This document shows positions 18,082 to 28,434 of a stretch of DNA of 64,000 nt, one piece after another. The stretch is from the IMG/VR virus record IMGVR_UViG_3300030329_005244; one strand, given 5' to 3'. The stretch's first letter is position 1. The number at the start of each line of letters is the position of its first letter. The DNA is from a virus. The notes below the pieces were generated by a model, which saw nothing but the letters and a program-made list of their open reading frames with translations, searched no databases and was not told where the DNA came from. Both the position numbers and the translations under genes were made by a program.

Positions 18082-21000
18082 TCAATAGCCCCCGCCACCT
18101 GACGATCCCGACATGCGACTGGGATTGTGGAAAAGAACATCCACATCCATTTTGATAGATTCCACAAACGACACATAATCGTAAGGCCAGTTAAACCCTA
18201 ACTGATATCCAGATTGTGTGGCTTGGAAATCTTCTGTAGTGGAGCTTTCGCCTGCTTGGGGTGCAACCAAATTAAAATAATTCTTTTGTGACTTCTGCTT
18301 AACTTTAAATACCATCCAGCGCAAGTTTTCATTATCAATAATATCTTCTGGTGCCAGCAATTCATTCTCGCTAAGAGTGTGCCCCGTGGACTGGAAAGTC
18401 AAACTGATCTTTTTGTAATCTCTAGGCGCCAAGTTTTGCCAGATATAAGACAAGTCGTCCTTATCTAAATCGTAAGTAAATTCGAAGAAATACATGACGA
18501 TGGGGCTCACATCAGTGTTGTTTAGGAAATCAAATTGCGGAGGAAGAATGTAGCGTCCCATTTTTTGGACCAACTTACGAATAGACTCGCCAGAAACATC
18601 AAGAGAGTCTCCATCCGCACTCCCAACTTCACCAGACAAAGCTGCATCATAGCGCTCTTGAGCAATCTCAAACAACTTTTTATTGGTAACTCCCGATTCT
18701 CCACTTACATCGCCTGCTTCCACGATATAAGGAATTGCCACAATGGCTTCTTTGAGTGTCTGCTTTTCGGCCAATTCGCCCAAGCGAACCTTGCTGGCGT
18801 TTCTATTGAAGCCCACCACATCACCGAGTGACTTCATATCGCGATAAACCGTAGGTCCGTTATTTTCTGCGTCAAGATCGTTATACACACTATTGTTCTC
18901 AAGCACATCATAATGATATTTCAACCAGTTGTTGGGAATGTCGCTCATCTCCATGAAGACACCAATGTTAGGATTAGCGGGAATAGCTCCAAACTGATGC
19001 CACATGCCTCGGGGCACAGAAGCAGAACCGAAATTGCTTGGCATTGTAATCGTGCTATTATCGGTAGTAATGGGGCGAATAGTATAAAGGCTATCGTTAA
19101 AGTTCATATGAGGAGTTTCAAACTTGGGCTGAATAACCCACTTCTTTCCTACAGTTTTGTTAATAGACTTAATCTCGTTGCCAAATTTATCCTTCTCTTC
19201 CTCCAGCACGTTTTCAATACCAAAGATGTTTAAACTTGCACTAATTTGCATAGCATTGGCATTGACATTCTTGCCATCATAAATTTGATGTTTCATCAAT
19301 TCGCCGTCGCCCCCGACATCAGTATCCACAGAGCACCAACTCTTAATCAATGTCGTGCGAGGATTGACAGCGTTTCCATAGTCATAACCAGGATCAACAC
19401 GCCAATAAGTGCCCGAGGTTTCCGCCAGCATCGTTTCTAAATCGTAGGTGGTGTTCTCCCGAGGGCGGAAAATAAAGTCAACCCACGCCTCTCCATTATA
19501 ATATGGAGGAGTGAACGCCCAGTTGCACCCGTTAAAGCTGTCCAAAGTTCCCGAAATCTCCGCTCCACCCGCATCACTTCCGCTCGGACGACCAGCAACC
19601 GGAGGACCGAAACCAGTGGGACGACTATACATCGTAAAGCTTTCTTGGAAGTTGGGATTCTTTTGAGGATCTTGGGGAATGGGGTACTCTGAGCCTGAAT
19701 GGAAATTCTCCAACGGCACAGCTTCAGAGCCGCTGTACAGAAGGGCTCCGAACCTTCCAAAGCCCGTGTTATTTGCATCAAAAGTTCCGCCCAGCTTCGC
19801 GAAAGAGCCCGATTCATATTCGTAGGTTCGTGGGCCTTGAGTAGAGCGATACAGCTTTAACCGCGCTCCATATACAGCTCCCGCCTCAAATTGCAAATCA
19901 CTCTTAACGGTATTTGATTTCAATGTAGTAAAGCTACTATCTTTCAAGAAGAAGCTCCCCACTTCTCCGAAGAAATTATTTGCCATCAACGTATAAATAT
20001 CATCTACAGATTCCCCAGTGAATGAGGCAGTTGCCTCCAAACTCATCGAAGGGTGGCTCTCTATATCATAAAAGGGCACCTTGGAAATATATTTCTCTGG
20101 CTCCAGCAAAGTCTCAAACGGAAGACGCATATCCCAGTATTCTCCTCCGCGATATCCCGTAGCAGTAGGACCCAAGCCACTAACAAGTTGAGGAGCTAAG
20201 CCCCACGTATCTGTAGATTCTGAAACTGCTGTTCCATAGAAAGCCTTCTTAATTTTCGCATCGGTAGTCACCAGGGGATAATCGACTGCCACGCCCGCCT
20301 TGATGGTGTTGTACAGCAACCCTGGCGAGTATAGGGCTTGGAAAAGAGGACGACTGGCGCCTCCATTGTTTTTAAACATCTCCCCCGACTCAACAGACGT
20401 TTCGGTGCCCGCTGCTTGCCCAGGAATCCAACCAACCAATCCATTGCCATAAGAACGGGAGAATTGAGTGAGCAAGTCCAAGCTCCGCTGTGCAGGATAA
20501 AAGCCCTTATAGGGATTAAATCGAATCGAAGCAGAACACACCAAGCGAATCTCCTTGGCGTTGAGCATTGATTCATCGTGAACCTTGGCGAAGCCCTTGA
20601 GGAATTCTGAGTTGGAGTAATCTTTGTAGAAAGAGGATGTAGTGCTGTTAATCCCAGTTCCCACAATCTCAAAAGTGTCCTGCTTGTCTTCGTTTAATAA
20701 GCCATACTTTTTGTAATCTTCAACATGCTCACTAATCCTAAACTCAGGAACAATGGCGTAACCCTTGGCTACGTTTTTCAAATCAAAGATGTAGTCAGCA
20801 TACTCATCAAACCACGGATCAGTGGGATAGGAAACAAATTGAGAACTAGAACCTGTTTTAACAACAATCCCCGCATTATCATTAGCTTCCCAATTTGCCT
20901 CACCGGCGTAAATATCCACCGCAAAGTTCTCAGTATTGAAGTAAATAAATGCCGAACCAGTGGGCACGCTGCCTGTCTGGGGAATTTGCATTCCCGATGG

Positions 21001-24000
21001 AGAAACCACTGTACGAGGGCTGGGCAATACGTGCTTGCGTGCATAAAGGGCTCCAGGGCGCAGCGAACCTAACTTCTGGAATGCCTGCAATGGAGAACCT
21101 GGCTCGTCTGTCTGATAAGAGAAGTAAGTATTTTGGAACTCGCCGCCTTTACTGGCTGTAAGTAATGGAGTCTTTACATAAGGAAGGGCAGAGGGGGCTT
21201 GTGTTCGCGTATTAAAATCGCTCGGAGGATCTAAAGGCCACATACTTTGAGAAAGCCCAATAACTCCCAAAGAGTTAACTATTCTATCTGTAGGCTCAAA
21301 CCCCTCTAGGCGATTGGAATTACTCTGACGCCAGAATTGATTGTTGTATCCCACTCGACTAGTCGAAGAAGAGAGGAATTCATTTCGCAAGGATGGGAAG
21401 ACATTCTGAGAATAGAGAATCCACGTCAAATGATAATTCGAACCAGAAGCATTAGCAGCCTCCGTAATCTGCTCCAGGGGCGTGTAAATATCAGCATCAC
21501 CCCCCAAGCCTTGGCGATTGTCCAAATCAGTTTCATTGAAGAAAATCTTCATATTATTATCGGTAACTTTGAGAGTCATGTTATTGCTCTCCAAACCAGA
21601 ACCAGCGTCAGGATCTTCTGAAGAAGTTGGGGCTGTGATATTAATATAAGCTGGACGACCGCGAAGAGAAACAGGAGCCAAACGATATTGAGTTAAGCCA
21701 TCGCTGCTCGTCAAAATCGACAATTCGTTGTTTTTTACTTCATTGAGAATTATCTTGTTAAGATTTCCTTGTCTCCCTTTCTTCCAATTCCACCCATAAG
21801 AGCCGCCGCGATGAGTCAACAGCAAGTTTAACAATCCATCAGTTACATTCCCTGGAGTAACTCCGATATCAGTAGCGAGTTCGGTATTAAAGTAAGCAAG
21901 CATCTTGCTCCCAGAAGGATATCCCATAGTATTTGTCGATGAAGTGATGGGATCAACAATGAAATTATTTAAACGATAGGTGGGCTGATTAAATGTGGGA
22001 TAGCTCGAATCCACTACCTCACTGGCTGTCACAAAATTGAAATAAGCCTCCCAACCATCGACAGAGCTTGAATACATGCCTTCTGTCAATCCTGAAACTG
22101 GGGCTCTACCGTAATAGCGGATTTCTTCGCTGTTAGGGGCTAGTGCCGCAGTAACCCAAGAATATTGACGATCAGCACGAGGAATCATGTGGCCAACGCT
22201 AAAGTTGTCGAACAGCGAACAAGTTTCAAATGTTTCTATTTCGTTCCACTTCTCAAGTGTTGCCGAACAGCCAGCCAGCCCTGCTGAGGCGGTGGAGATA
22301 CCAACCAAAGAGCCTGACTTGCAAATAAGGAGGGTGTTGGCGCCCCCCACTTGATCGATTATCCGATTGGTGGCTGACGAGGTTGTTTCTCCTACTCGTC
22401 CCGCAACAACGCCATCAAGTGGGTCGTCTCCCATGCGCCACCACGAAAGAAGCGCATCTCTATTGGGGGTGACGCTCGCCGTTAAATCACAGGGCTTGCC
22501 TGAGTTATAAATGTATTGTGCATCTGCCTCCGACGAACAGGTGGCAAACAGAGCCATTTCGTCCATAGAACCAACATACTCCACACTGGAGTTGTTGTCC
22601 ATCTTGCCCCCAAACAAGAACATGCCAGGCAAGTCGAGGGCTCCAAAATTCCTAAAGTTATTCTTAGTGGAACTTCCAGTGGGGATTTCATCATAGGGAG
22701 TGTTGCTTAGGGCAACTGCTTGCTCCACTCCATCGATGTAGATGCTAGCGGTAGCACTCGTTGAGAGAGAGCCTTGGGAGCCTGAGAAACTTACATAAAG
22801 ATGGAACCACGAATCGTCAGGCCATGTTGAGCTTGGAGTTTCAAAGTCTGTGCCTCGATAAAGAGAGCCATTATAAGTTTGTAAAGTAAGGGTAACTTGA
22901 CGAGAAGGGGCTTTGTTTAGGAATTGAACGGGAGCGCTGCCTGCGTTACGCCCCATGGAGAAGATAGGTCGCACTGTTGTGTCGGCAGGCGCCTTAAACC
23001 ATCCGCTGAAAGACCAGCAAATATTTCCCGATGCCTCAGCCATATTGCCATCAAAATTTCTTTGCTCGGCTTTTGCTGCGTTTTCAATAAAAAAGCAGTT
23101 CCCTTCATAGGTGCCCGTATCGGAAGGAAATTCCAAAGCCTTGGCGTTGTTCAACCAAGAGCCAGTTAATTGGGCTTCTATTGAGTTTTCTTCACATACG
23201 CGCACCTTTCTATTGCGATTGTTTTTAAACATCGCAGGAAGCTGATCGTATTTTGCACCCGGCAAATCTCCAGAAGAAGTTACAAAGAAAGAGTCTCGTC
23301 CAAAGCGAGCGGCATGGCGAGCCATGTGAGAACGCAAGCCGTAATCGCGCCCGTGAATATCAAACACTCGAATACCGGTGGTGCCCGAACCCACAGCCTG
23401 ATAGAAGGAGCTGGTAGCGCCCTGAGAGGGTTTAATAACTGATAGATTGCGATAGTTTAGTGCATTATAAACACTAAACTCCGACGCCTTGAAACTCTGG
23501 TATCCATAAGACATCACCTCGATGCCGCCAGGTGCGGCAAAACGTTGAGTAATGACAGACTTGTTGCTCGCTCCTGTCAAATAATCTGTAGAATATTCAC
23601 TCACCCATTGGTGATGTCCCCTTACGCCTCGGCGCGTATTCCAAAAGGTTCGCACGTTGGTGGGAACCGAACTGCTTCTTGCTGACCACACCACCTGAGT
23701 GGGTAGTGTTGGTTGATTATCAATAAAGTTTCGTGGATTAGAACTCGCACCCACAGTATTGACGATTTGATAATTGTGTTGATAGTTTCCAAGCACAGAG
23801 GAGCCTGACGAAATTTCGTTGGAACCTGTGCTGTTCAAAATGTTTTTAATGTTAACTGGGCGTTTGGCTGTAAAATCTCGGTAATAGACTGCCTTTTGCG
23901 AGGCTGTCATGGGATAAGGAACAACATCTTCCTCATTAGCCTCGGGCCAAGGATAATCAGCACCCACCAAGCCGATGGCGCCGGTATGTTCGTCACACGT

Positions 24001-27000
24001 CCCCAGGAGCAACTTCCATGCCTCGGGACGATTATACCAAGCGTCACTGCCGGTGTTAAGGCTCACATGCCGGGATTGATGCCCACCCACTGCATAATTG
24101 GTAAAAGGCCCCTGCATGGGAACTTCCAAATCGGGCCCATACGCATCATTGTGCAGATTGACAATGTTGAGATTGCCGCTAACCCTTTCATTGATAGCGT
24201 TGGAATAGCCACCGCTAACTGAAGAGCTAAGCATATTAAAGGGAAAACTGAACGTTGACTTTGTATTGGCGTAGCCGCCATCTTCGTAATCGCGTCCATG
24301 AATAACCTTTCCATAGCGCATTAGTTTCTTTTGCGGATGATTAACCAATTCTTGGGGAGTGTATTCTGGGATCTTTACGAAGTCATCCACAAATGCCACC
24401 AAAACATTTTCAGGCAAGAACACACTATCTTCGGTATTGATAGGACCGGCGGGATATACTGCGTTATAAGTGAAAGCGAAATTCTTTCCTTCTTTAAAAT
24501 TAACACCACCCTTGATAACATGTGTGGGGTTGCTAATCTTCAAGTCTATAAGGTTTTGGGAATTTCTTCTGGCATATGTATTGCGCGAATATGTGGTGCC
24601 ATCCACCGTGGATTCCACCGGCAAGCTAGAACTTAATTCGGGAGATGACCACGCTACATCTCGGAAAGTGTCGCGTTGAGCGTCTATTGTGGCATCACCA
24701 GAAGTGATTTCAGTAGCATCACGCTCTGCCATTCTCTGCCAATAAAATCTATTAACCTTGGTAGAGCGTGGTGATTCGGGAACCGGACTTGCCGACATAG
24801 CGTAATCGCGATCGGCGCTGGGACCATCTGCGGCGGCGTCTAAATTAGGCTGCTTAGCTTCCAATGTCGGGAATTTGGAGGCATATTTGTTGCGCTCCAG
24901 AACGTGGCTCTCGATGACATTATAAGAATCAGGAACGAAATCCGAAGAAGCTGGCACCATTTGAGCGATCAACATAGCCAAAGCGTCATCAAACCACTTA
25001 TAATAGGCTATAAACTTTTCTACATCCGATGTCTGGGTAACTCTCCTAAAGAAAATTTCTCTAAGCTTTTCAATTTCTTTGTAGTTTCCACGATAGCGAT
25101 TGACTGGGTGTCCAATTAGGTTGTTGAAATCCAAGGCTCCCGCAAAAAATTGCATCATCTCCTCAGAAATAGCGTTGTACATACTCTTCTCAAGTGTGTA
25201 AACGTAGTTGGGAACAGTCTCGGTAAATCCAAACACCTTGTCGTCATTGGTCAAAATACGCACTGCGTCATCAGAAACTGCCAATTCGGGATTGATGAAT
25301 TTAAAGGAATTAAGAGGAGCAGTTTCCACTACACTGGTGGAAGAAGTGGCAAAGCCGTATCCATAGCCAGTGTGTTGGTAGCCCGCCACTTCACCCAACC
25401 ATCCAAAATTATTACGAATCAGAGTCGAACCTGAGCTGTAATCATCAACAACAAACGTGCCGACGGAATGCCCATCAGTTGCAGCGGTTGAACCAGTAAC
25501 AGTTCCAAAAGTCCAATTAAGAGCGAGCGTATCCATGTTGAGAAGGGATTTGCCTGCACTCCCGGTGTCTAAGGCAGAAATATATTCATAAGAACCCGAA
25601 ACTCCATGGTTTTCAAAATCATAAGTGTGCTGATTTAAAGTTTCATTATCGATATATTTTGCCCAATATCTCAGCGAATGAAAGTTTACATCAGAATAGT
25701 TTAGAAGAGCGCCAGTAATATTGGTTCTGCGTGCGCCACAATAAAGTCTTTTTGCGGCTCCAAGGATTTCTTCACCAACGGAAGCTGCTAAACTAGCAGT
25801 TAATTCGAAACTATCGACAACAGTTCCCAACTCGCTATGGACGCCTCGGAAAACCAAGTCATAAGCGTTAGAGCCATCGTAGCCATCGGTGGAAAGTCCG
25901 TAAAGATAAGAACCACTAATAGTATTGGTAAAAGGATAATTGGCAGGCTTAATGCGAACCGAGAAGTTCCACTCTGTATTGTCATACACATCCATGAAAA
26001 GACTGCTCGTAAGTTCAGGTATGTACGTGGGAGCATTAGAAGAAGTTAAACGGAAATAAACATTCTTCGAATATGGTGTGGGTCGAACCGCCGATACTTG
26101 GAAGTTGGCATAATCGGGACCCAAAGTAGCCGGGCCATAATTCGTTAACCATGTGGTATTGGAGCCTAGTTTGCTATTAATCGAAATGGCGCCTGTTGGG
26201 GCTACCTCATACATCCCAAAGAGGGACATTTCGTTATAAAATCTATCGAATTTATCATGAGTGGGGAAAAACTTAGGAAAGTTGACATCGGCTTCCACTG
26301 TCATTCCGTAGCGATACTCATATCCTCCGATATTGTTTCCGACGCCCGTCATTCCCAAGCCTTGACTCCCAGAGATGTATCCCTGGGCATCTCCATTGGA
26401 AGCCGCAGTACCAGAGACAGCTTGGAATACAACTCCTCCATAATTGTCTTTCTCGTTCAGATTTAACGAGGAACGATTTATAAAGGTTTGTTTAAGATTG
26501 TTTTTAAGCTCATAAGTGTTATCGTTGGTGTAAACGTTAAGGCGAAGAAGGCTCTGATCGAGATTAAAGCATCGTAAAATGCTTCTGATAGAACGTTCCG
26601 TTCCCTTGCTTTTAAAAATCTCAGTGATGTTGTTATAGAGATTTAAGTAAATGAGGTTTTTTGCCTCTTCCACATTGTTTTGGAATAAGGCGGTGTCATC
26701 TCGATTCAAGAACTTTTCGAGGACTGTGGCGTCAATAAACAACTCGGGAGTAAATAACCCTAACGATTGAGGAAGATGATCAGCAAACGGCACCGGCTTG
26801 TAAGACGAACTGGTATAAAGAGCGTTCTTAAACTTGGGCAATTGAGAAATTTGGAGATAGAGCTTATCGAAATAAGTTCCCAAAATATGGGTCAAAATTT
26901 GCAAGCCGCTAGTGCTGGTATTATCCACACTGGTAATGATCCACTCTGGGAGGGTGGATAGAATATTGCTATTATTGTTATTATCGTGATACGAACCGCT

Positions 27001-28434
27001 GTCTAGCAATCCCGTTTTAAGAGTTACAACATCAGGATGAGTAGCGTAAATAATGGGATCGTGGTACTCTTTGATAGCAGCAGAAGCGGACAAGATAGCA
27101 GAACCCGTGTTTCGAGAATTCGAACCATAACCAGTCCAAACGCCATTACAAATTCGCCCACCATAATCCAGTACCGTATTATCAATGCTCGAATCTCCCG
27201 TGATTCCCGAATTGAACTTGTAGTATAAGCCAAGGGTGGCATTCGCAACATCAGTGTTCACGCCGCCACGAACTTGGGTGTTCCAGTGTCGCCCAATTTG
27301 TTGGGCGTTTCTACGAGCTTTCCAAAAACGGAATTCGTCCATAGAACCACTTAATTTAGCAGATCCCGAACCAGCAGTCGTTCCCTTGGGTGCTCTCATC
27401 AAAGCGCCTAGGCGCCCTTTCATTTCCTTGGAAGGCAGCTCTCCCAATGCTTGCCCTGGAAAGACGCTAGCAGTCTTGTAGAGCCCATCCAAATAAAGTT
27501 CGCACCCTAAGTCACTACCGGAATTAAAAATGGTAATTGCGTAGTGGTGCCATGCGGAAAAGGTGTCCACATTGAGCAATGAGGCGCCAAGAGTTTCTTG
27601 AAAGATTCCCTTTGTAGAGCCAGAATGAACCGTTAATTCAAGGGGAGAAACGCCACTGCTGGCACTCGCATTTAATTCTAAAGTAATGCGTCCATAATCT
27701 GCTGCTGCTGTAGCCGTACCCACCGCCGATGCCTTATTGTTCCAAATATCAACAATAACTTGTTTGTCGGATAAGCCATCGCTATAGGTGGTGTTGGCCG
27801 ATCCAGTTGTCAGCCAAAACTCAATAGTAACGCCTGTATCGAAATCAGATTTTAGGTTAGATTCTCGGGTGCCTTGACCATAATCGCTGGGCAGGCCCTC
27901 AGTCTGATAGATGTCAGTATCGTAAATATTGGAATACTGAAACTTACTGCTCATCGGGTTCGGGCTTAAGGCTGCGTAAGTATCTCCCGAAGCCGTCCCA
28001 GGACCGCCTTTAAATTCAATATATTCAAGCGTGTTGGGGAGTCCATAACCCGAGGTTTCACTGGCTTGAGTTCCCCACCCATCGGCACTAATGTTTACAT
28101 AACCAGTCGTGCGAGGATAAAGGTTATTGAAAATATAATTCTCAATGTCGAGCGACTTATTGTGAAACTCGTTTATTTCTGCATCAGAGCCATCATAAGG
28201 ATAGAAATCTAATATGCGCTCAATAGCAGACTTATAATAAAGATAAGCAGAACCATAGCGAGCAAAATTTGCTGGATTAGCGTAATCAATCTGCGGAACA
28301 AACGCTTCCTGCTCGACTCTAATCGCTTCAACATTTCTCTGAGATTCGACATCTTCAAACGCATCTTTCTGATTAGTATCGCTTAAATAGTTTCGTGATT
28401 TGTCGGTTGATGAGAAAAGTTTCTTAATACTCAT
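18082..28434 (-). CDS. Giant baseplate/tail protein (3450 aa) with LamG/concanavalin-A-like domains and a baseplate-wedge (gp7/P2 gpI-like) KGT motif
   Basis: LamG motifs VTIEFWL...WHHYAITI...LYLDG...LSGSMDEFRFW (about 27100-27850) and WSFSGWFK...WFHLYVSF...IYIDG...GSMDEMALF...LLSWWRMGD (about 22430-23030); FKSKGTERSIRSILRCF at about 26600. Confidence 0.75.
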   Translation of the reverse strand: MSIKKLFSSTDKSRNYLSDTNQKDAFEDVESQRNVEAIRVEQEAFVPQIDYANPANFARYGSAYLYYKSAIERILDFYPYDGSDAEINEFHNKSLDIENYIFNNLYPRTTGYVNISADGWGTQASETSGYGLPNTLEYIEFKGGPGTASGDTYAALSPNPMSSKFQYSNIYDTDIYQTEGLPSDYGQGTRESNLKSDFDTGVTIEFWLTTGSANTTYSDGLSDKQVIVDIWNNKASAVGTATAAADYGRITLELNASASSGVSPLELTVHSGSTKGIFQETLGASLLNVDTFSAWHHYAITIFNSGSDLGCELYLDGLYKTASVFPGQALGELPSKEMKGRLGALMRAPKGTTAGSGSAKLSGSMDEFRFWKARRNAQQIGRHWNTQVRGGVNTDVANATLGLYYKFNSGITGDSSIDNTVLDYGGRICNGVWTGYGSNSRNTGSAILSASAAIKEYHDPIIYATHPDVVTLKTGLLDSGSYHDNNNNSNILSTLPEWIITSVDNTSTSGLQILTHILGTYFDKLYLQISQLPKFKNALYTSSSYKPVPFADHLPQSLGLFTPELFIDATVLEKFLNRDDTALFQNNVEEAKNLIYLNLYNNITEIFKSKGTERSIRSILRCFNLDQSLLRLNVYTNDNTYELKNNLKQTFINRSSLNLNEKDNYGGVVFQAVSGTAASNGDAQGYISGSQGLGMTGVGNNIGGYEYRYGMTVEADVNFPKFFPTHDKFDRFYNEMSLFGMYEVAPTGAISINSKLGSNTTWLTNYGPATLGPDYANFQVSAVRPTPYSKNVYFRLTSSNAPTYIPELTSSLFMDVYDNTEWNFSVRIKPANYPFTNTISGSYLYGLSTDGYDGSNAYDLVFRGVHSELGTVVDSFELTASLAASVGEEILGAAKRLYCGARRTNITGALLNYSDVNFHSLRYWAKYIDNETLNQHTYDFENHGVSGSYEYISALDTGSAGKSLLNMDTLALNWTFGTVTGSTAATDGHSVGTFVVDDYSSGSTLIRNNFGWLGEVAGYQHTGYGYGFATSSTSVVETAPLNSFKFINPELAVSDDAVRILTNDDKVFGFTETVPNYVYTLEKSMYNAISEEMMQFFAGALDFNNLIGHPVNRYRGNYKEIEKLREIFFRRVTQTSDVEKFIAYYKWFDDALAMLIAQMVPASSDFVPDSYNVIESHVLERNKYASKFPTLEAKQPNLDAAADGPSADRDYAMSASPVPESPRSTKVNRFYWQRMAERDATEITSGDATIDAQRDTFRDVAWSSPELSSSLPVESTVDGTTYSRNTYARRNSQNLIDLKISNPTHVIKGGVNFKEGKNFAFTYNAVYPAGPINTEDSVFLPENVLVAFVDDFVKIPEYTPQELVNHPQKKLMRYGKVIHGRDYEDGGYANTKSTFSFPFNMLSSSVSGGYSNAINERVSGNLNIVNLHNDAYGPDLEVPMQGPFTNYAVGGHQSRHVSLNTGSDAWYNRPEAWKLLLGTCDEHTGAIGLVGADYPWPEANEEDVVPYPMTASQKAVYYRDFTAKRPVNIKNILNSTGSNEISSGSSVLGNYQHNYQIVNTVGASSNPRNFIDNQPTLPTQVVWSARSSSVPTNVRTFWNTRRGVRGHHQWVSEYSTDYLTGASNKSVITQRFAAPGGIEVMSYGYQSFKASEFSVYNALNYRNLSVIKPSQGATSSFYQAVGSGTTGIRVFDIHGRDYGLRSHMARHAARFGRDSFFVTSSGDLPGAKYDQLPAMFKNNRNRKVRVCEENSIEAQLTGSWLNNAKALEFPSDTGTYEGNCFFIENAAKAEQRNFDGNMAEASGNICWSFSGWFKAPADTTVRPIFSMGRNAGSAPVQFLNKAPSRQVTLTLQTYNGSLYRGTDFETPSSTWPDDSWFHLYVSFSGSQGSLSTSATASIYIDGVEQAVALSNTPYDEIPTGSSTKNNFRNFGALDLPGMFLFGGKMDNNSSVEYVGSMDEMALFATCSSEADAQYIYNSGKPCDLTASVTPNRDALLSWWRMGDDPLDGVVAGRVGETTSSATNRIIDQVGGANTLLICKSGSLVGISTASAGLAGCSATLEKWNEIETFETCSLFDNFSVGHMIPRADRQYSWVTAALAPNSEEIRYYGRAPVSGLTEGMYSSSVDGWEAYFNFVTASEVVDSSYPTFNQPTYRLNNFIVDPITSSTNTMGYPSGSKMLAYFNTELATDIGVTPGNVTDGLLNLLLTHRGGSYGWNWKKGRQGNLNKIILNEVKNNELSILTSSDGLTQYRLAPVSLRGRPAYINITAPTSSEDPDAGSGLESNNMTLKVTDNNMKIFFNETDLDNRQGLGGDADIYTPLEQITEAANASGSNYHLTWILYSQNVFPSLRNEFLSSSTSRVGYNNQFWRQSNSNRLEGFEPTDRIVNSLGVIGLSQSMWPLDPPSDFNTRTQAPSALPYVKTPLLTASKGGEFQNTYFSYQTDEPGSPLQAFQKLGSLRPGALYARKHVLPSPRTVVSPSGMQIPQTGSVPTGSAFIYFNTENFAVDIYAGEANWEANDNAGIVVKTGSSSQFVSYPTDPWFDEYADYIFDLKNVAKGYAIVPEFRISEHVEDYKKYGLLNEDKQDTFEIVGTGINSTTSSFYKDYSNSEFLKGFAKVHDESMLNAKEIRLVCSASIRFNPYKGFYPAQRSLDLLTQFSRSYGNGLVGWIPGQAAGTETSVESGEMFKNNGGASRPLFQALYSPGLLYNTIKAGVAVDYPLVTTDAKIKKAFYGTAVSESTDTWGLAPQLVSGLGPTATGYRGGEYWDMRLPFETLLEPEKYISKVPFYDIESHPSMSLEATASFTGESVDDIYTLMANNFFGEVGSFFLKDSSFTTLKSNTVKSDLQFEAGAVYGARLKLYRSTQGPRTYEYESGSFAKLGGTFDANNTGFGRFGALLYSGSEAVPLENFHSGSEYPIPQDPQKNPNFQESFTMYSRPTGFGPPVAGRPSGSDAGGAEISGTLDSFNGCNWAFTPPYYNGEAWVDFIFRPRENTTYDLETMLAETSGTYWRVDPGYDYGNAVNPRTTLIKSWCSVDTDVGGDGELMKHQIYDGKNVNANAMQISASLNIFGIENVLEEEKDKFGNEIKSINKTVGKKWVIQPKFETPHMNFNDSLYTIRPITTDNSTITMPSNFGSASVPRGMWHQFGAIPANPNIGVFMEMSDIPNNWLKYHYDVLENNSVYNDLDAENNGPTVYRDMKSLGDVVGFNRNASKVRLGELAEKQTLKEAIVAIPYIVEAGDVSGESGVTNKKLFEIAQERYDAALSGEVGSADGDSLDVSGESIRKLVQKMGRYILPPQFDFLNNTDVSPIVMYFFEFTYDLDKDDLSYIWQNLAPRDYKKISLTFQSTGHTLSENELLAPEDIIDNENLRWMVFKVKQKSQKNYFNLVAPQAGESSTTEDFQATQSGYQLGFNWPYDYVSFVESIKMDVDVLFHNPSRMSGSSGGGGY

